DNA of 64,000 bases from Escherichia coli (GTDB lineage: Bacteria; Pseudomonadota; Gammaproteobacteria; Enterobacterales; Enterobacteriaceae): the NCBI RefSeq assembly GCF_050320075.1, contig NZ_CP190018.1; one strand, given 5' to 3'. Positions 59,933 through 64,000 of the stretch are shown here, piece by piece. The notes under the pieces are model-generated. The model ran no database searches. It saw nothing but the letters and a program-made list of their open reading frames with translations, and was not told where the DNA came from. How positions within the stretch are numbered: position 1 is the first letter of the stretch; every line of letters begins with the position of its first letter. The translations under genes were made by a program, and so were the position numbers.

Positions 59933-60110
59933 TCTGGATGCCTGAAAGACCAGTCTGAATTATTCTGTCAATAGCCTGCGGATGAAATCAATTTTTTTAG
60001 GACTGATGCCAGTTAAATTTTTATTCAATTAACTGCAAGGTAAATGTGCATGGCGACATTGCTATTAATAGTGCACAGGATAATTACTCTGCCAAAGTGA
60101 TAAATAAACA

Positions 60111-61250
60111 ATGATGAAATCCAAAATGAAATTGATGCCATTATTGGTGTCAGTAACCTTGATAAGCGGTTGCACAGTACTTCCGGGCAGCAATATGTCG
60201 ACGATGGGTAAAGACGTCATCAAACAGCAGGACGCTGATTTCGATCTCGACAAAATGGTGAATGTTTATCCGTTGACCCCGCGCCTGATTGATCAATTAC
60301 GCCCACGACCCAACGTAGCGCGCCCCAATATGACGCTGGAAAGTGAGATCGCGAATTACCAGTATCGCGTCGGGCCGGGGGACGTTCTTAATGTCACTGT
60401 CTGGGATCACCCGGAACTCACCACGCCAGCCGGTCAGTACCGCAGCTCCAGCGACACCGGCAACTGGGTACAGCCTGACGGCACTATGTTTTATCCGTAT
60501 ATCGGCAAAGTTCACGTGGTGGGGAAAACGCTCGCTGAAATCCGCAGTGATATTACCGGGCGCTTAGCGACGTACATCGCTGACCCGCAGGTGGACGTTA
60601 ATATCGCCGCCTTCCGCTCGCAAAAAGCCTATATCTCCGGCCAGGTGAATAAATCCGGCCAACAGGCGATCACCAACGTGCCACTGACCATTCTCGACGC
60701 CATCAACGCCGCAGGTGGCCTGACCGACACCGCTGACTGGCGCAACGTGGTGTTAACACACAATGGTCGTGAAGAACGCATTTCATTGCAGGCGCTGATG
60801 CAAAACGGCGACCTCAATCAGAATCGACTGCTTTATCCTGGCGATATTCTCTACGTGCCGCGTAATGATGATCTGAAAGTGTTTGTGATGGGTGAAGTGA
60901 AGAAACAGAGCACCCTGAAAATGGACTTTAGCGGCATGACCCTGACTGAAGCCCTTGGTAATGCTGAAGGCATCGACATGACCACCTCCAACGCCAGCGG
61001 CATCTTTGTCATTCGTCCGCTGAAAGGCGAGAGTGGGCGTAACGGCAAGATTGCCAATATCTACCAGCTGGATATGTCCGATGCCACGTCGCTGGTGATG
61101 GCGACAGAATTCCGCCTGCAACCTTATGACGTGGTGTATGTCACCACCGCACCGGTTTCCCGCTGGAACCGTCTGATCAATCAGTTGCTGCCAACTATTA
61201 GCGGTGTCCGTTACATGACGGATACAGCCAGCGACATTCATAACTGGTAA
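60111..61250 (+). CDS. wza: Outer-membrane polysaccharide export lipoprotein Wza
   Basis: 379 aa, lipobox LISGC, synteny. Confidence 0.9.
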   Translation: MMKSKMKLMPLLVSVTLISGCTVLPGSNMSTMGKDVIKQQDADFDLDKMVNVYPLTPRLIDQLRPRPNVARPNMTLESEIANYQYRVGPGDVLNVTVWDHPELTTPAGQYRSSSDTGNWVQPDGTMFYPYIGKVHVVGKTLAEIRSDITGRLATYIADPQVDVNIAAFRSQKAYISGQVNKSGQQAITNVPLTILDAINAAGGLTDTADWRNVVLTHNGREERISLQALMQNGDLNQNRLLYPGDILYVPRNDDLKVFVMGEVKKQSTLKMDFSGMTLTEALGNAEGIDMTTSNASGIFVIRPLKGESGRNGKIANIYQLDMSDATSLVMATEFRLQPYDVVYVTTAPVSRWNRLINQLLPTISGVRYMTDTASDIHNW

Positions 61251-61255
61251 TCGTC

Positions 61256-61699
61256 ATGTTTAACAACATTTTAGTTGTCTGTGTCGGCAATATTTGCCGT
61301 TCCCCGACGGCGGAACGCTTACTGCAACGTTATCACCCGGAGCTGAAAGTGGAGTCCGCTGGACTCGGCGCGCTGGTCGGTAAGGGCGCTGATCCTACCG
61401 CTATCAGCGTCGCCGCAGAACATCAACTGTCTCTGGAAGGTCACTGTGCACGGCAAATCAGCCGTCGCCTGTGTCGCAACTACGACCTGATTTTGACCAT
61501 GGAAAAGCGCCATATCGAACGCTTATGCGAGATGGCACCTGAGATGCGCGGCAAAGTGATGCTGTTTGGTCACTGGGATAACGAATGTGAAATCCCCGAT
61601 CCGTATCGCAAAAGCCGGGAAACGTTTGCAGCGGTGTACACATTACTTGAACGGTCTGCCCGCCAGTGGGCGCAGGCATTGAACGCAGAGCAGGTATAA
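61256..61699 (+). CDS. wzb: Low-molecular-weight protein-tyrosine phosphatase Wzb
   Basis: 147 aa, CX5R motif VCVGNICRS. Confidence 0.9.
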   Translation: MFNNILVVCVGNICRSPTAERLLQRYHPELKVESAGLGALVGKGADPTAISVAAEHQLSLEGHCARQISRRLCRNYDLILTMEKRHIERLCEMAPEMRGKVMLFGHWDNECEIPDPYRKSRETFAAVYTLLERSARQWAQALNAEQV

Positions 61700-61701
61700 G
61701 A

Positions 61702-63864
61702 ATGACAGAAAAAGTAAAACAACATGCCGCTCCGGTAACGGGCAGTGATGAAATCGATATTGGTCGCCTGGTTGGCACCGTCATTGAGGCGCGCTGGTGG
61801 GTAATTGGCATCACTGCCGTATTCGCCCTCTGTGCCGTGGTTTACACCTTCTTCGCTACGCCGATATACAGCGCCGACGCACTGGTACAAATCGAACAAA
61901 GCAGCGGCAATTCGTTAGTGCAGGATATCGGATCGGCATTAGCCAACAAACCGCCTGCATCGGACGCCGAGATCCAGTTGATTCGTTCGCGCCTGGTGCT
62001 TGGTAAAACGGTGGACGATCTCGACCTCGATATTGCGGTGAGCAAAAACACGTTCCCGATTTTCGGTGCGGGCTGGGATCGCCTGATGGGACGCCAGAAC
62101 GAGACGGTAAAAGTGACCACCTTTAACCGTCCTAAGGAGATGGCGGATCAGGTGTTTACGCTTAATGTGCTTGATGACAAAAACTACACTTTGAGCAGCG
62201 ATGGCGGCTTTAGCGCCCGTGGGCAAGCGGGCCAGATGCTGAAAAAAGAAGGCGTCACGCTGATGGTTGAAGCTATTCACGCCAGCCCGGGGAGTGAGTT
62301 TACCGTCACCAAATACTCCACGCTGGGGATGATCAACCAACTGCAAAACAGCCTGACGGTAACGGAGAACGGCAAAGACGCAGGCGTACTGAGCCTGACT
62401 TATACCGGTGAAGATCGTGAACAGATCCGCGACATTCTTAACAGCATCGCTCGTAACTATCAGGAACAAAATATTGAGCGCAAATCGGCGGAAGCGTCGA
62501 AAAGCCTCGCTTTCCTCGCGCAACAGTTACCGGAAGTACGTAGCCGCCTTGATGTTGCCGAAAACAAACTGAATGCCTTCCGTCAGGATAAAGATTCTGT
62601 TGATCTGCCGCTGGAAGCGAAAGCGGTGCTCGATTCGATGGTGAACATCGACGCGCAATTGAACGAACTGACCTTTAAAGAGGCGGAAATCTCCAAGCTG
62701 TACACCAAAGTTCACCCGGCGTATCGCACGCTGCTGGAGAAACGGCAGGCGCTGGAAGAAGAGAAAGCCAAACTTAACGGTCGCGTAACGGCGATGCCGA
62801 AAACCCAGCAGGAAATTGTCCGTCTGACCCGCGATGTCGAGTCTGGGCAGCAGGTCTATATGCAACTGCTGAATAAAGAACAGGAGCTGAAAATCACCGA
62901 AGCCAGCACCGTCGGCGATGTGCGCATTGTTGACCCGGCAATCACCCAGCCTGGTGTGCTGAAACCGAAGAAAGGGCTGATTATCCTCGGGGCGATTATC
63001 CTCGGCCTGATGCTCTCTATCGTGGGTGTGCTGCTGCGCTCGTTGTTTAATCGTGGCATTGAAAGCCCGCAGGTGCTGGAAGAACACGGCATTAGCGTCT
63101 ATGCCAGCATCCCGTTGTCGGAATGGCAGAAAGCGCGCGATAGCGTCAAAACCATCAAAGGGATTAAACGCTATAAACAGAGCCAGCTACTGGCGGTGGG
63201 GAATCCAACCGATCTGGCGATTGAAGCCATCCGCAGTCTGCGTACCAGTCTGCACTTCGCGATGATGCAGGCGCAGAACAATGTGTTGATGATGACCGGG
63301 GTTAGCCCGTCAATCGGTAAAACCTTTGTCTGCGCCAACCTGGCGGCGGTGATCAGTCAGACCAATAAACGGGTGTTGTTGATCGACTGCGATATGCGCA
63401 AAGGTTATACCCACGAGCTGTTGGGCACCAATAACGTTAATGGCCTGTCGGAAATTCTGATTGGTCAGGGCGATATTACTACCGCGGCTAAACCGACCTC
63501 TATTGCCAAATTTGACCTGATCCCGCGCGGTCAGGTACCGCCAAATCCTTCTGAACTGTTGATGAGCGAACGCTTTGCCGAACTGGTGAACTGGGCGAGT
63601 AAAAACTACGACCTGGTGTTGATTGATACGCCGCCGATTCTGGCAGTGACCGATGCCGCAATTGTTGGTCGTCATGTCGGAACCACGTTAATGGTGGCGC
63701 GTTATGCGGTCAACACATTGAAAGAAGTGGAAACCAGTCTGAGCCGCTTTGAGCAAAACGGTATTCCGGTGAAAGGGGTGATTCTGAACTCCATCTTCCG
63801 CCGCGCCAGCGCGTATCAGGATTATGGCTATTACGAATACGAATATAAGTCGGACGCGAAATAA
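61702..63864 (+). CDS. wzc: Tyrosine autokinase / polysaccharide co-polymerase Wzc
   Basis: 720 aa from MTEKVKQH...; Walker A and C-terminal Tyr-rich tail YQDYGYYEYEYKSD. Confidence 0.9.
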   Translation: MTEKVKQHAAPVTGSDEIDIGRLVGTVIEARWWVIGITAVFALCAVVYTFFATPIYSADALVQIEQSSGNSLVQDIGSALANKPPASDAEIQLIRSRLVLGKTVDDLDLDIAVSKNTFPIFGAGWDRLMGRQNETVKVTTFNRPKEMADQVFTLNVLDDKNYTLSSDGGFSARGQAGQMLKKEGVTLMVEAIHASPGSEFTVTKYSTLGMINQLQNSLTVTENGKDAGVLSLTYTGEDREQIRDILNSIARNYQEQNIERKSAEASKSLAFLAQQLPEVRSRLDVAENKLNAFRQDKDSVDLPLEAKAVLDSMVNIDAQLNELTFKEAEISKLYTKVHPAYRTLLEKRQALEEEKAKLNGRVTAMPKTQQEIVRLTRDVESGQQVYMQLLNKEQELKITEASTVGDVRIVDPAITQPGVLKPKKGLIILGAIILGLMLSIVGVLLRSLFNRGIESPQVLEEHGISVYASIPLSEWQKARDSVKTIKGIKRYKQSQLLAVGNPTDLAIEAIRSLRTSLHFAMMQAQNNVLMMTGVSPSIGKTFVCANLAAVISQTNKRVLLIDCDMRKGYTHELLGTNNVNGLSEILIGQGDITTAAKPTSIAKFDLIPRGQVPPNPSELLMSERFAELVNWASKNYDLVLIDTPPILAVTDAAIVGRHVGTTLMVARYAVNTLKEVETSLSRFEQNGIPVKGVILNSIFRRASAYQDYGYYEYEYKSDAK

Positions 63865-63869
63865 CGAGA

Positions 63870-63936
63870 TCCGCTGTCGGATGCGATGCTGACGCATCTT
63901 ATCCGACCTCCGTTCGCGCCGCATCCGGCAACAGAA
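63870..63936. repeat. REP element
   Basis: gtcggatgcgatgctgacgcatcttatccgac and gccgcatccggca read directly. Confidence 0.6.
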
Positions 63937-64000
63937 CCCGTAAACAAGCTTATAAACCGGCAGAACATCTCGACACTCCGGGAGAACAACCTATGAAAGA

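Noticed and set aside
59492-60110. Possible RcsAB box in the AT-rich region upstream of wza
   Set aside because: I could not match the RcsAB consensus confidently by eye; only the ops element is reported.
1-64000. Searched for CRISPR arrays, tRNA/rRNA genes, and integrase or transposase genes
   Set aside because: No regularly spaced direct repeats, no tRNA-like cloverleaf candidates and no recombinase-like ORF in the window; the prophage integrase must lie upstream of position 1.

Overview
The window is Escherichia coli chromosome (colanic-acid cluster wza-wzb-wzc, yegH, asmA, dcd, udk, dgcE/yegE, alkA, yegD, yegI-yegK-yegL, ibs/sib, mdtABCD-baeSR, yegP, yegQ, cyaR) carrying a near-complete P2-like prophage in its first ~30.7 kb. 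The prophage runs from replication gene A (window start; int/C/cox/B must lie upstream) through cos, Q/P, the capsid, lysis and tail genes to D and ogr, ending next to cyaR/yegQ, where K-12 carries only a P2 remnant (ogrK/yegZ) as far as I recall. Gene calls rest on the supplied ORF track, protein motifs I can read by eye, and synteny with P2 and K-12; no database search was run. Three AT-rich cargo islands interrupt the conserved phage backbone and are the candidates for an undescribed system: (1) between A and cos, a two-membrane-protein operon, a TIR-like domain protein, and a lipoprotein plus a 305-aa membrane-anchored protein; (2) at the P2 Z/fun position between G and FI, a coiled-coil/2-TM gene split by a -1 frame break at an A6 tract; (3) between S and V, a reverse-oriented 3-TM membrane protein. 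I rank (1) and (2) highest; none can be assigned to a named system from sequence alone. The host part looks ordinary apart from an apparent absence of yegJ and a structured asmA-yegH intergenic region.
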